Below are positions 16,311 through 24,902 of a stretch of 33,162 nucleotides of DNA, in pieces (position 1 is the stretch's first letter; every line of letters starts with the position of its first letter). The notes beneath the pieces were generated by a model. It saw only the letters and a program-made list of their open reading frames with translations. It searched no databases and had not been told where the DNA came from. A program made the position numbers and the translations under genes. The stretch is from Paraperlucidibaca sp. (GTDB lineage Bacteria > Pseudomonadota > Gammaproteobacteria > Pseudomonadales > Moraxellaceae): positions 1 through 33,162 of the forward strand of contig JBDSQT010000046.1 in NCBI GenBank assembly GCA_039929665.1, given 5' to 3'.

Positions 16311-17468
16311 ATGCGCCCACTCGTTATCTTGGGAACCGGTTTGGCCGGCTACACGTTGGCACGCGAATTTCGCAAGCTCAACAGCGACCGCCCACTGTTG
16401 ATCCTGTCTCAGGATGATGGGCGTAGCTATTCGAAACCCATGCTGTCGAATGCATTAGCTAAAGGCAAAACGCCAGACGCGCTAGCCATGGCCTCGCCCG
16501 AGACTATGGCTGAGCAGCTCAATGCGGAGGTCCGCGTGGCCAGTGCGGTCTCGCATATCGATGCCTCCGAAAAAACGTTAACAGTCAATGGCGAAACGCT
16601 GGCTTATGAGGATCTGGTACTGGCTGTTGGTGCCGATGTCTTCCGTCCACCCTTGGCTGGTAATGCCGGCGACAGCGTTTTAAGTGTCAACGACTTGGGC
16701 GATTATGCGGTGTTTCGCAACAAGCTCGGTGAGTCAGCAAAGCGTGTGCTAATTATTGGTGGTGGCCTAATTGGCTGTGAGTTCGCTAATGATCTGGCGG
16801 CTAGTGGTCATAGCGTGACGGTAGTTGAGCCTATGGGTCGGCCATTGCCAACATTGCTGCCAGAGCGAGCCTCACAAGCGGTGGAGGCAGGGTTGCAAGG
16901 TCTGGGCGTATGCTTTCTCTATGGTGCCAATGTTACTGCTGCTGACCATGCCGGTGAGGTCATTCGCGTGAGCTTGGCGGATGGCCGCCATGCGGAGGCA
17001 GATATTGTGCTGTCAGCGATCGGTTTGCGCCCACGCGTGGGCTTAGCGGAGGTGGCGGGTTTAACAGTCGCTCGCGGCATCTGTGTGGATCGTCATTTGC
17101 GCAGCAGTAATGCCAATATCTACGCCATTGGCGATTGCGCCGAGGTGGATGGCAAGGTGCTGATGTATGTGCTGCCCTTGATGGCCAGTGCGCGCGCCTT
17201 GGCAAAAACTTTAAACGGTGACGAGACGGTGGTGAGCTATCCCGCCATGCCGGTGCAAATCAAAACGCCGATCTGCCCAATTGTGGTATCGCCCGTGGCG
17301 CCAGGTACCGACGGTGCGTGGGCGGTTGAGGCCAATGAGAACAATGTTAAAGCCAGCTTTATGTCGAAAGATGGCCGGCTTCTAGGGTTTGCCTTGACCG
17401 GCAGCTTTGCGACGGACATGAAGACGAAGATGGAGCTAGCGCGCGCGCTACCGCCTATTTTGGCGTAA
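16311..17468 (+). CDS. rubB: Rubredoxin-NAD(+) reductase
   Basis: 385 aa with FAD motif GTGLAG, YSKPMLS, NAD motif GGGLIGCEFANDL, IYAIGDCAEV and IKTP; starts 3 nt after rubA. Confidence 0.92.
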   Translation: MRPLVILGTGLAGYTLAREFRKLNSDRPLLILSQDDGRSYSKPMLSNALAKGKTPDALAMASPETMAEQLNAEVRVASAVSHIDASEKTLTVNGETLAYEDLVLAVGADVFRPPLAGNAGDSVLSVNDLGDYAVFRNKLGESAKRVLIIGGGLIGCEFANDLAASGHSVTVVEPMGRPLPTLLPERASQAVEAGLQGLGVCFLYGANVTAADHAGEVIRVSLADGRHAEADIVLSAIGLRPRVGLAEVAGLTVARGICVDRHLRSSNANIYAIGDCAEVDGKVLMYVLPLMASARALAKTLNGDETVVSYPAMPVQIKTPICPIVVSPVAPGTDGAWAVEANENNVKASFMSKDGRLLGFALTGSFATDMKTKMELARALPPILA

Positions 17469-17472
17469 GCGC

Positions 17473-17521
17473 GACACAAAAAAGCCGTGCACGCGGGTGA
17501 AGTGCACGGCTTTTTTGTGTC
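17473..17521. terminator. Bidirectional intrinsic terminator between rubB and the Sel1 gene
   Basis: A 20-bp perfect inverted repeat, GACACAAAAAAGCCGTGCAC / GTGCACGGCTTTTTTGTGTC, with a 9-nt loop and A6/T6 tracts. Confidence 0.92.
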
Positions 17522-17536
17522 TGAGGATTGGCTGCT

Positions 17537-18328
17537 TTAGCCGCCGGAAGCCGCGGCCTTTGTTAGTAAATCTCGGGCTCGGTTGGTGTCAGCCTCGACA
17601 AAGTCGCCATTGAGATACAGTTCGCCTAAGCGCCGCAGCGCTTTCGGGTAGCCGCGATTGGCCGATTCGGTCAGATAGGCTAAGCCTTTCGATTGATTTT
17701 TTCGTACGCCATCGCCGACCAAGAGCATTTGCGCGATGTTAAATTGCGCCTCTGATACGCCGGAGTCTGCGGCAGACTCAAACCACTCGGCGGCTTTACT
17801 CTTGTTGCGTTTTACGCCGATACCTTGGTCATACATGATGCCAATATTGTTTTGAGCCGACGATGAACCTAGCTCGGCAGCCTTCAATATTAGGGCGGCA
17901 GCGCGATTGAAATCCAGCAATACACCATTGCCCTCGTAGTAGGCCATGCCTAGGGCGTAGAGCGCAGGTGGGTAATCTTGATCGGCGGCGGCGCGAAACC
18001 AGCTATTAGCTACGTCGGTGTTTCGTGTGACGCCAATGCCATTGGCGTAAAGTGCGCCTAAGTTGTATTGCGCGCGCGGTAGGCCTTGGCGTGCCGCTAA
18101 GCTGAACCATTCCGCCGCTTTGGCGCGGTTACGCACCACGCCCTCGCCGTTGTAGTACAGCACACCCATATTGTATTGCGCGTCGGCAGCACCGGTCATG
18201 GCCGCCTTGCGAATTTGTCGTGGGGTGGCATCGACTTTGCTGGTGCTTACGCGTGGCGCAGCGTCGGCTATTACGCTGACCATCAGCACAACCAACAGCA
18301 GGCTATCTCGTAAACGCAGCCAATGCAT
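17537..18328 (-). CDS. Secreted Sel1-like repeat protein
   Basis: 263 aa with a signal peptide and about six 36-aa repeats of the form AQYNLGxxYxxGxGVxRNxxKAAEWFxxAA. Confidence 0.9.
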   Translation of the reverse strand: MHWLRLRDSLLLVVLMVSVIADAAPRVSTSKVDATPRQIRKAAMTGAADAQYNMGVLYYNGEGVVRNRAKAAEWFSLAARQGLPRAQYNLGALYANGIGVTRNTDVANSWFRAAADQDYPPALYALGMAYYEGNGVLLDFNRAAALILKAAELGSSSAQNNIGIMYDQGIGVKRNKSKAAEWFESAADSGVSEAQFNIAQMLLVGDGVRKNQSKGLAYLTESANRGYPKALRRLGELYLNGDFVEADTNRARDLLTKAAASGG

Positions 18329-18410
18329 AAAGCACCTCGGGCAACAGAAAAAAACAAAAAGACGGATGAAGAGTAGGGTGCTTAACGATACTAGACAAGA
18401 GTATAGCTCA

Positions 18411-20519
18411 CTAGGCCAAGGCGTAACTGCCTTCGCGACTTAACCAACGCGTTAGTAAATAATCGTAGTGTGAGTTGCCGTGCAATTGTTCGGCTAAAGA
18501 TCGTGCTGGTTGAATCAGTGCCGCATCGCGGACTAGGTCAGCTAAGCGAAATTGTACATCGCCGGTTTGTCGTGTGCCGAGGACTTCGCCGGGGCCACGC
18601 AATTCAAGATCCTTTTCGGCGATCACAAAGCCGTCTTGACTGTCGCGCAAAATCTGCAAGCGCTCGCGCGCCAACGCCGACATCGGCGTTTGGTAAAGCA
18701 ACACACAAAAGCTGGCAAGCTGACCACGGCCGACTCGGCCTCGGAGCTGATGCAGCTGCGATAGACCTAAGCGCTCGGGATTCTCGATGACCATCAGTGT
18801 GGCATTAGCCACATCCACGCCGACCTCGATGACCGTGGTGGCGACCAAAACGCTGATATGGCCGGCAACAAAATCAGCCATGACGGCGGCTTTGTCGCTG
18901 GCCTTTAATTGACCATGCACTAGCCCTACGCGGAGCTCTGGTAACGCGGCGCTGAGTTCTGCCATGGCGGATTCGGCCGCCTGCGCTTGGATCTGCTCAG
19001 ATTGCTCAATCAATGTGCACACCCAATAGACTTGTTGTCCGCTGGCGGCATGATGGCGGATGCGCTCGATCAACGTGTCGCGGCGAGTATTGGCAAGCAC
19101 GACGGTTTGAATGCCTTGGCGACCCGGCGGCAACTCATCGATGATGGACGTGTCGAGGTCACCATAGGCGCTCATCGCCAGCGTGCGTGGAATCGGCGTG
19201 GCAGTCATGATCAATTGATGCGGTAGCCAGCCAGCACTCAGGGCTTTTTCTGCCAGTTGCAGGCGTTGTGCGACGCCAAAGCGGTGCTGCTCATCGATGA
19301 TGACCAGGCCTAGGCGAGCAAAATGCACACTGTCTTGAAATAGCGCATGGGTGCCAACGACGAGTTGGCAGCTGCCATCGGCAAGGGCTGTCAGTGCGGC
19401 TGATCTAGCCTTGGCCGTTTGTTTGCCCGACAGCCATCCGACCGAAATACCCAGTGGCTCAAACCAACTACGAAAGCGTATTAAGTGCTGCTCAGCGAGA
19501 ATTTCTGTCGGGGCCATGATGGCGATTTGCAGGCCTGCAGCGAGCGCGGGGCAGGCGGCGAGTGCGGCGACCACGGTTTTGCCAGAACCGACATCGCCCT
19601 GCACTAATCTGAGCATGGCACGAGTTTCGCCAAGGTCGTGGCGTATGTCTTTTACGACGCGCTGCTGCGCATCGGTCAGGGCAAACGGCAGTAACGCTAA
19701 TAGGCCAGCGCTTAAGGCGTCATCGCCACGTAATGCCGGTGCCGAGGTGTGCCGCTGGCGGTCGCGACGTTGCAACAAACCCATCTGATGCGCTACCAGC
19801 TCCTCAAAGACTAAGCGCTGCTGAGCAGGATGTAGGCCATGGCGTAGGGCTTGCCGGTCACTGTCGGCGGTGGGTGCATGGACGGTGTGCAGTGCCTGCG
19901 CCAAAGACCAGCCACCAGCCTGTTGCGCAGGTAGTTTGTCGATCAGTGCGGTGTCATTGAGTAGCGGTAGGGCGCGAGACATGAGCTCGCGCAAGCGCCG
20001 TTGCGTGAGGCCTTCGACCAGCGGATAGATGGGCGTGAGATGCTCATTCAGGCGCGCATCATCATTAGTCAGCTCGTCGCTCGCCGTCAGCCATTCGACT
20101 TCCGGATGGATCATTTCAGGCCCCACGGGGCCGGCTCGCACTTCGCCGAAGACGCGTAAACGCACGCCTTTTACATAGCTGTCTTTTTGCGACTGGCGAA
20201 AGTGATAAAAACGCAGTGTTAGACCGCCGCTACCATCGCGCAGCCTGATTAACAGCGCGCGACGGCGGCCTTGAATAATATCGGCTAGGACGACATCGGC
20301 CTCAACCAAGGCAGTCATGCCGGGTATCAGTGAGCCTAATGGTGTGCGTTGCGTGCGGTCTTCATAGTGGCGCGGCAGTGTAAACAGCAAATCCTGCACA
20401 CTGCGGATGCCAAGGCGTTGAAGGCGTTCGGCCAAGGCGGGGCCAACACCTCGAAGACTGGCCACTGATATGTCGTGGAGAGTTTTGATCTGCGTTTCAG
20501 CGGCGGTGCGCATAGGCAT
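18411..20519 (-). CDS. recG: ATP-dependent DNA helicase RecG
   Basis: 702 aa with LRGVGP, LPRHYEDR, QGDVGSGKT, IIDEQHRFG, MTATPIPRTL, QLHQLRGRVGRG and DLELRGPGE. Confidence 0.97.
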   Translation of the reverse strand: MPMRTAAETQIKTLHDISVASLRGVGPALAERLQRLGIRSVQDLLFTLPRHYEDRTQRTPLGSLIPGMTALVEADVVLADIIQGRRRALLIRLRDGSGGLTLRFYHFRQSQKDSYVKGVRLRVFGEVRAGPVGPEMIHPEVEWLTASDELTNDDARLNEHLTPIYPLVEGLTQRRLRELMSRALPLLNDTALIDKLPAQQAGGWSLAQALHTVHAPTADSDRQALRHGLHPAQQRLVFEELVAHQMGLLQRRDRQRHTSAPALRGDDALSAGLLALLPFALTDAQQRVVKDIRHDLGETRAMLRLVQGDVGSGKTVVAALAACPALAAGLQIAIMAPTEILAEQHLIRFRSWFEPLGISVGWLSGKQTAKARSAALTALADGSCQLVVGTHALFQDSVHFARLGLVIIDEQHRFGVAQRLQLAEKALSAGWLPHQLIMTATPIPRTLAMSAYGDLDTSIIDELPPGRQGIQTVVLANTRRDTLIERIRHHAASGQQVYWVCTLIEQSEQIQAQAAESAMAELSAALPELRVGLVHGQLKASDKAAVMADFVAGHISVLVATTVIEVGVDVANATLMVIENPERLGLSQLHQLRGRVGRGQLASFCVLLYQTPMSALARERLQILRDSQDGFVIAEKDLELRGPGEVLGTRQTGDVQFRLADLVRDAALIQPARSLAEQLHGNSHYDYLLTRWLSREGSYALA

Positions 20520-20521
20520 GC

Positions 20522-21418
20522 TCAGTGGCGCACGGCATCGGTGCCGGGCAGGTTCAATCCTTGCAGCATGCGCAATAGCTCCTGCAACGCGCGTGGCCTC
20601 GAAAAGCGATGGCGACTAGCCAGCACAATGCGTCGATGTGGGCAGGGTTTGATCGGTCGTGTGGTGAGTTCGTCATCGGTGAGCTGCTGTTGGGCGCTGG
20701 CAGGAATTAGCGTTATACCCAGCCCCGAGGCCACCATGTGGCGTAAGGTCATCAGCGAGCTGCCGGAGTTAATGCCTGGCGCTTGACCCACTTGGCAAGT
20801 CTCTAGTACTTGGTCGCGAAAGCAGTGACCTTCGCCGAGCATCAGCACGGGGCTAGTAGCGAGCACGTCGGCAGGAATTACCGCCTGGGTGGTCAGGGCG
20901 TGATCCCGCGGTAACAGCAATTGAAATGGCTCATCAAATAGGGCGGTGACGCGTGTTTCTGGTGGCCCAAAGGGCAGTGCGACGAGAATGGCGTCGAGTT
21001 CACCACGCGCTAAGCGCTCATCGAGAACATGCGTATAGTTCTCTTCTAAATATAATTTAAGTGGGCTGGCCTCTTGCTTCATGCGCCGCACTAGCGAGGG
21101 AAATAAATACGGCCCAACGGTGAAGATGGCGCCTAGACGCAAGGGCTCGGCAAACTCATCACGAGATTGGTCGGCCATGCTTTCGAGCTTATCGGCTTCA
21201 GCGAGGACAATTTGCGCTTGGGCGATCAAGGCTTCGGCGGCCGGCGTCACCAAAACGCCATGGCGATGGCGCTCGAACAAGCTCAGGCCAAGTGAGTCTT
21301 CGAGTTTTTTCACCGCAACAGATAGCGTTGGCTGAGCGACATGGCAGCGTTCAGCGGCGCGACCAAAATGGCGTTCTTGCGCTAAGGTGACGAGGTAACG
21401 TAGCTCGGTTAAGGTCAT
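20522..21418 (-). CDS. oxyR: Hydrogen-peroxide-sensing LysR regulator OxyR
   Basis: 298 aa with LysR HTH (HFGRAAERCHVAQPTLS), LGAIFTVGPYL, and the redox cysteine pair in GHCFRDQVLETC (C-X8-C). The oxyR-recG arrangement matches pseudomonads. Confidence 0.94.
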   Translation of the reverse strand: MTLTELRYLVTLAQERHFGRAAERCHVAQPTLSVAVKKLEDSLGLSLFERHRHGVLVTPAAEALIAQAQIVLAEADKLESMADQSRDEFAEPLRLGAIFTVGPYLFPSLVRRMKQEASPLKLYLEENYTHVLDERLARGELDAILVALPFGPPETRVTALFDEPFQLLLPRDHALTTQAVIPADVLATSPVLMLGEGHCFRDQVLETCQVGQAPGINSGSSLMTLRHMVASGLGITLIPASAQQQLTDDELTTRPIKPCPHRRIVLASRHRFSRPRALQELLRMLQGLNLPGTDAVRH

Positions 21419-21450
21419 AACATCTCTCTGGCAAATAGCGCATCCTGCGC

Positions 21451-21470
21451 TTAGTCAAAAGCTATCAAAA
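21451..21470. promoter_or_regulatory. Putative OxyR autoregulatory site (T-N11-A dyad)
   Basis: TTAG-N7-CTAT at 21451-21465 in the oxyR/epimerase divergent gap; 21452-21470 matches 15434-15452 at 17 of 19 positions. Confidence 0.7.
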
Positions 21471-21479
21471 ATTAAACTT

Positions 21480-22325
21480 ATGTCAAAGATATTAATTGTA
21501 GGTGCAGGCGATGTTGGCGGTCGTATTGCGCGAGAACTAGCCATCTTAGGGCATGAGGTATGGGCTTTGCGGCGTACGCCACACGCGTCAGATAGGTTTA
21601 GTAGCGGCGGCACACTGACGTGGCTAATGGGTGATGTTACGCGACCTGAAACCTTGCATTTTCCCACTGAGCTAGATGTGGTGATTAGTGCGCTGGCGCC
21701 GAGTGAGTCGGGCATGACGGCCTATGAGCAGGTCTATGTCGGTGGCGCGCGAGCGGTGCAGCAGGCTTTGCAGGGCCAGACACTGTGCCGGCAATTCTGG
21801 CTCTCTTCCACGGGTGTATATGGAGAAGATGCTGGGGAATCGATCAATGAAGAAACCCCAGCGAAGCCGAGTCGAGATACTGCGGCGTTGCTCTTAGCGG
21901 CAGAGGATGTTGTGCGGCAGGCGCCTTGGCCATCAACCATTGTACGCTTAGGCGGGCTTTATGGGCCGGGCCGCGAACGCTTAGTGCGTTGGGTGCGCGA
22001 GGGCCGAGCGATGCAAGTGACGCCGCCGAGCTGGACGAATCGACTGCATGTGGCCGATGCCAGCGGCTTAGTGGTGCACTTGGTTCAGCAGTGTCTTCAT
22101 GGTGCACCGGTGGAGCCACTGTTACTTGGCGTAGATAATGCCCCGACGCCGCAGCATGAGGTTTTGGCGTGGCTGGCCGAGCAGATGCAAATGCCTGTGC
22201 CGCCGGAGAAGGTTGAGCCTAGCGTGAGTCAAGGTAAGCGTATTAACAATGCCGCACTACAGCGCAGTGGTTATGTCTTGCGTTATCCGAGCTTTCGCGA
22301 CGGCTATTTGACATTGCTCCCATAA
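21480..22325 (+). CDS. NAD-dependent epimerase/dehydratase (atypical SDR)
   Basis: 281 aa with ILIVGAGDVG Rossmann motif, LSSTGVYG, VRLGGLYGPGR, TNRLHVADA and YPSFRDG. Confidence 0.88.
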   Translation: MSKILIVGAGDVGGRIARELAILGHEVWALRRTPHASDRFSSGGTLTWLMGDVTRPETLHFPTELDVVISALAPSESGMTAYEQVYVGGARAVQQALQGQTLCRQFWLSSTGVYGEDAGESINEETPAKPSRDTAALLLAAEDVVRQAPWPSTIVRLGGLYGPGRERLVRWVREGRAMQVTPPSWTNRLHVADASGLVVHLVQQCLHGAPVEPLLLGVDNAPTPQHEVLAWLAEQMQMPVPPEKVEPSVSQGKRINNAALQRSGYVLRYPSFRDGYLTLLP

Positions 22326-22436
22326 ATGTAATTTTTTGTAATTTAACGATTGTTTTGGGTCTTTGTCATGTAGCGGATACGTAATTTCTGCCGTACTCTG
22401 CTCGTTCATAAAAAGAACAATGCAGACGAGGGCATC

Positions 22437-24401
22437 ATGCGCATTTCACACACACTTACCCTGCTGGCCTTAGCCGTGACATTAGCGGCTTGCGGCGGCT
22501 CGACAAGTTCAGGCTCCTTTTCCCCTCGCGGTGATTCAGCTGGCGATACTGACACGGGTGGAAACACTGACACCGGTGGGGGCGGAAACACTGACACTGG
22601 CGGGGGTGGAAACACCGACACCGGTGGAGGCGGAAACCCTGGCACCGGTGGCACAGCAGACACCGCCCCCCGCATCGTTAACTTTAAGCGTGCTGGCGTC
22701 ACGCTCGACACGCTTGAGCCTAACACCGCGTCCTGCGCCACTAACGTTCGCTTAGATGGTGGCCGCAGTTATCAGGTCACGCTGCCATCTAGTAGCGGAA
22801 AAGTCATCAGCTTCCAGGTTATCGAGCCGAAAGCCATCAACTGCATGAAAGGTAATCCCTTGGTCTTGCAAGGTCATGGCTTTGGTGGGGCGCGGACAGA
22901 AAATCCAGCGGCGGGTTCTTTCATCGAGCGCCTTCAAGATAACGGCTACGCTGTCATCAGCATCGACCAGCGTGGCTTCAACGACAGCACCGGCACTGTA
23001 CGAACGATGGACCCGGATTTTGAAGGCCAAGATTTGCTGCAGATTATGGATTGGGCGGAAAAAAATCTCGATTACTTAGCCTACGATCGTCCCTCTAAAA
23101 GCGCAGAGTACAACTTAGCTTCTGGCGCAACAGGCGGCAGCTACGGCGGCATGTACCAAATGTTAATACACAATATCGATACGAAAAATCGCCTCGATGT
23201 GCTCACGCCAGACATCACGCCACACGATCTGCGAGCCAGTTTATACCCTGGCCGCGTGATCAAGTCGGCTTGGATAAGTCTGCTGGTAGTGGGTGGTGAG
23301 GCGGGCGCTAATCAGCCACTGATAGCAGGTTTGGACCCAGTCACTAAGGAGACCTTAGTGCGTGGCCTGAGCACTAATGAGATTTCTACGCCGGCACTGA
23401 ATTTTTTCTATTATCACAGTGTGAAGTATTTTGGCGCGCCGGATGATACCGATATCAGCGACATGAATTTTTTGACTTCGATGCTCGCCATGTCGCCGAT
23501 AAAGCCGATCTATGTAGGTGCAGCTAAGCCAGCTCCCAAGCCAGTCGATATCCTATTTTCGCAAGGCCTGCGCGATACGCTGTTTAACTTTAACGAAGGT
23601 TGGTTGAACTACCAAGCGTATAAAGCCTTAGGCGGAGATGTGCGCTTCATGACGCATGAAAGTGGCCACATCTTGCCAGGCCTGCAATCGCCGAGTGGCA
23701 AAAATAACTGTGGTGCACTCTCTCGCGATGATGCGGACTTAGCCTTCTTAAACGAAAAACTGCGCCCACCACAACAGCAAGCAGCAACGGCGGCAACCGC
23801 GGCGGCATTAGCGCAGCTAAAAACTAAGGTGTGTTTATCACTTAATAACGGCAGTGCAGGAGTCCCTGGCGACGCGGTGTATGTTGATCCGGCATTGATC
23901 ACGACACTGAGTGAGGCAATTACGATTCCGCCAAGCACTATCCCCGTACCTAACGCAGCTTTGGGCCCTACCAGTGTGCTGCAACCAACATTTATTCCAC
24001 TCAACGGCCTTGTTGGCCCGCTGACTCTCGGCGGTATTGGTAAACTTACGGTCAAACTCAATAACGTCCTTGCGCCACTTAACGGTTGCGCTGTTGTTGT
24101 GTCGCCTGCAGGGGTGCCATCGAGTCCGATTAGCGCTTGTGATGCTATCGTCCTGGTGGGCTTTGGTGCTCGGACTGGCACAGCGACACCACGTTTGATT
24201 GATGAGCAGATGCAGCCTATTCGAGGGTTGGGAGACCATATCGTGGCGATGGTGGGTGTGGCTGAAAAGCTGGTCGAAGGCGAGCAACTCGGCCTGATGG
24301 TCTATGGCTATAACCAGCAATATTTCAGCAGTATCTCGCGTGACTTACTGGTGCCCGCAGTGACCATTACGGGCACGGTGGAAGTACCGCTTTTGCCGTA
24401 A
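22437..24401 (+). CDS. Lipoprotein alpha/beta-hydrolase (CocE/NonD, peptidase S15-like)
   Basis: 654 aa with lipobox LAA-C, a Gly-rich linker, HGFGG oxyanion segment, SIDQRGF, nucleophile elbow GGSYGG, candidate Asp (QGLRDTLF) and His (HESGH), and a C-terminal beta-rich domain. Confidence 0.8.
   Translation: MRISHTLTLLALAVTLAACGGSTSSGSFSPRGDSAGDTDTGGNTDTGGGGNTDTGGGGNTDTGGGGNPGTGGTADTAPRIVNFKRAGVTLDTLEPNTASCATNVRLDGGRSYQVTLPSSSGKVISFQVIEPKAINCMKGNPLVLQGHGFGGARTENPAAGSFIERLQDNGYAVISIDQRGFNDSTGTVRTMDPDFEGQDLLQIMDWAEKNLDYLAYDRPSKSAEYNLASGATGGSYGGMYQMLIHNIDTKNRLDVLTPDITPHDLRASLYPGRVIKSAWISLLVVGGEAGANQPLIAGLDPVTKETLVRGLSTNEISTPALNFFYYHSVKYFGAPDDTDISDMNFLTSMLAMSPIKPIYVGAAKPAPKPVDILFSQGLRDTLFNFNEGWLNYQAYKALGGDVRFMTHESGHILPGLQSPSGKNNCGALSRDDADLAFLNEKLRPPQQQAATAATAAALAQLKTKVCLSLNNGSAGVPGDAVYVDPALITTLSEAITIPPSTIPVPNAALGPTSVLQPTFIPLNGLVGPLTLGGIGKLTVKLNNVLAPLNGCAVVVSPAGVPSSPISACDAIVLVGFGARTGTATPRLIDEQMQPIRGLGDHIVAMVGVAEKLVEGEQLGLMVYGYNQQYFSSISRDLLVPAVTITGTVEVPLLP
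22542..22652 (+). repeat. Coding 24-bp tandem repeat encoding GNTDTGGG
   Basis: GGAAACACTGACACCGGTGGGGGC (22560), GGAAACACTGACACTGGCGGGGGT (22584) and GGAAACACCGACACCGGTGGAGGC (22608), with partial copies on both sides. Confidence 0.9.
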
Positions 24402-24441
24402 ACCTCAACGGATATAGCGCGTCGTTAAGCGCTAAACGCTG

Positions 24442-24479
24442 AAACAAAACCGCCTGCATTTGCAGGCGGTTTTTGTTTT
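24442..24479. terminator. Bidirectional intrinsic terminator between the lipoprotein gene and ridA
   Basis: AAAACCGCCTGC-ATTT-GCAGGCGGTTTT with A-rich and T-rich flanks. Confidence 0.9.
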
Positions 24480-24496
24480 GCGGTGGCGATATTGGT

Positions 24497-24880
24497 TTAG
24501 GCGGTGGTCACTACAATGCCATCCATCTCGACCAAAGCGCCGCGCGGCAATGACGCCACGCCGATAGCTGCACGGGCCGGGTAGGGCTGTGTGAAGTAGC
24601 GCGCCATGATCTCGTTGACCAAGGCAAAGTGGCCAAGATCTGTCAGGAAAATATTGAGCTTAGCGATGTCTTGCAGAGTGGCGCCGGACTCCTCAATAAC
24701 TGCTTGAAGATTGTCAAAGACCTGCACAATTTGCGCTTCGATACCGTCGACTAACTGCATGCTGGTGGGGTCAAGACCAATCTGCCCTGACAAATACACG
24801 GTGCTGCCGATCTTTACGGCCTGTGAATAGGTGCCGATGGCGGCAGGGGCTTTAGTGGTTTGGATAACAGCTCGGTTCAT
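24497..24880 (-). CDS. ridA: RidA (YjgF/YER057c/UK114) imine deaminase
   Basis: 127 aa with [26 protein letters not shown] and [11 protein letters not shown]; downstream of spoT. Confidence 0.93.
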   Translation of the reverse strand: MNRAVIQTTKAPAAIGTYSQAVKIGSTVYLSGQIGLDPTSMQLVDGIEAQIVQVFDNLQAVIEESGATLQDIAKLNIFLTDLGHFALVNEIMARYFTQPYPARAAIGVASLPRGALVEMDGIVVTTA

Positions 24881-24902
24881 TAAGGTAAGACTCCAGCGAA
24901 GA

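Noticed and set aside
16162-16401. 79-aa track ORF between rbr and rubB
   Set aside because: It is in the wrong frame; the real gene is the rubredoxin at 16143-16307.
17473-17521. 20-bp inverted repeat as a MITE or IS end
   Set aside because: Its position between convergent genes and its A/T tracts are fully explained by a bidirectional terminator; no transposase or target duplication is visible.
22542-22652. 24-bp repeats as a possible CRISPR array or phase-variable tract
   Set aside because: The units are contiguous with no spacers, stay in frame, vary at synonymous positions, and no cas genes are present.
22406-22741. Antisense ORF with PPPPVSVF repeats
   Set aside because: It is the reverse-strand reading of the Gly-rich linker of the lipoprotein.
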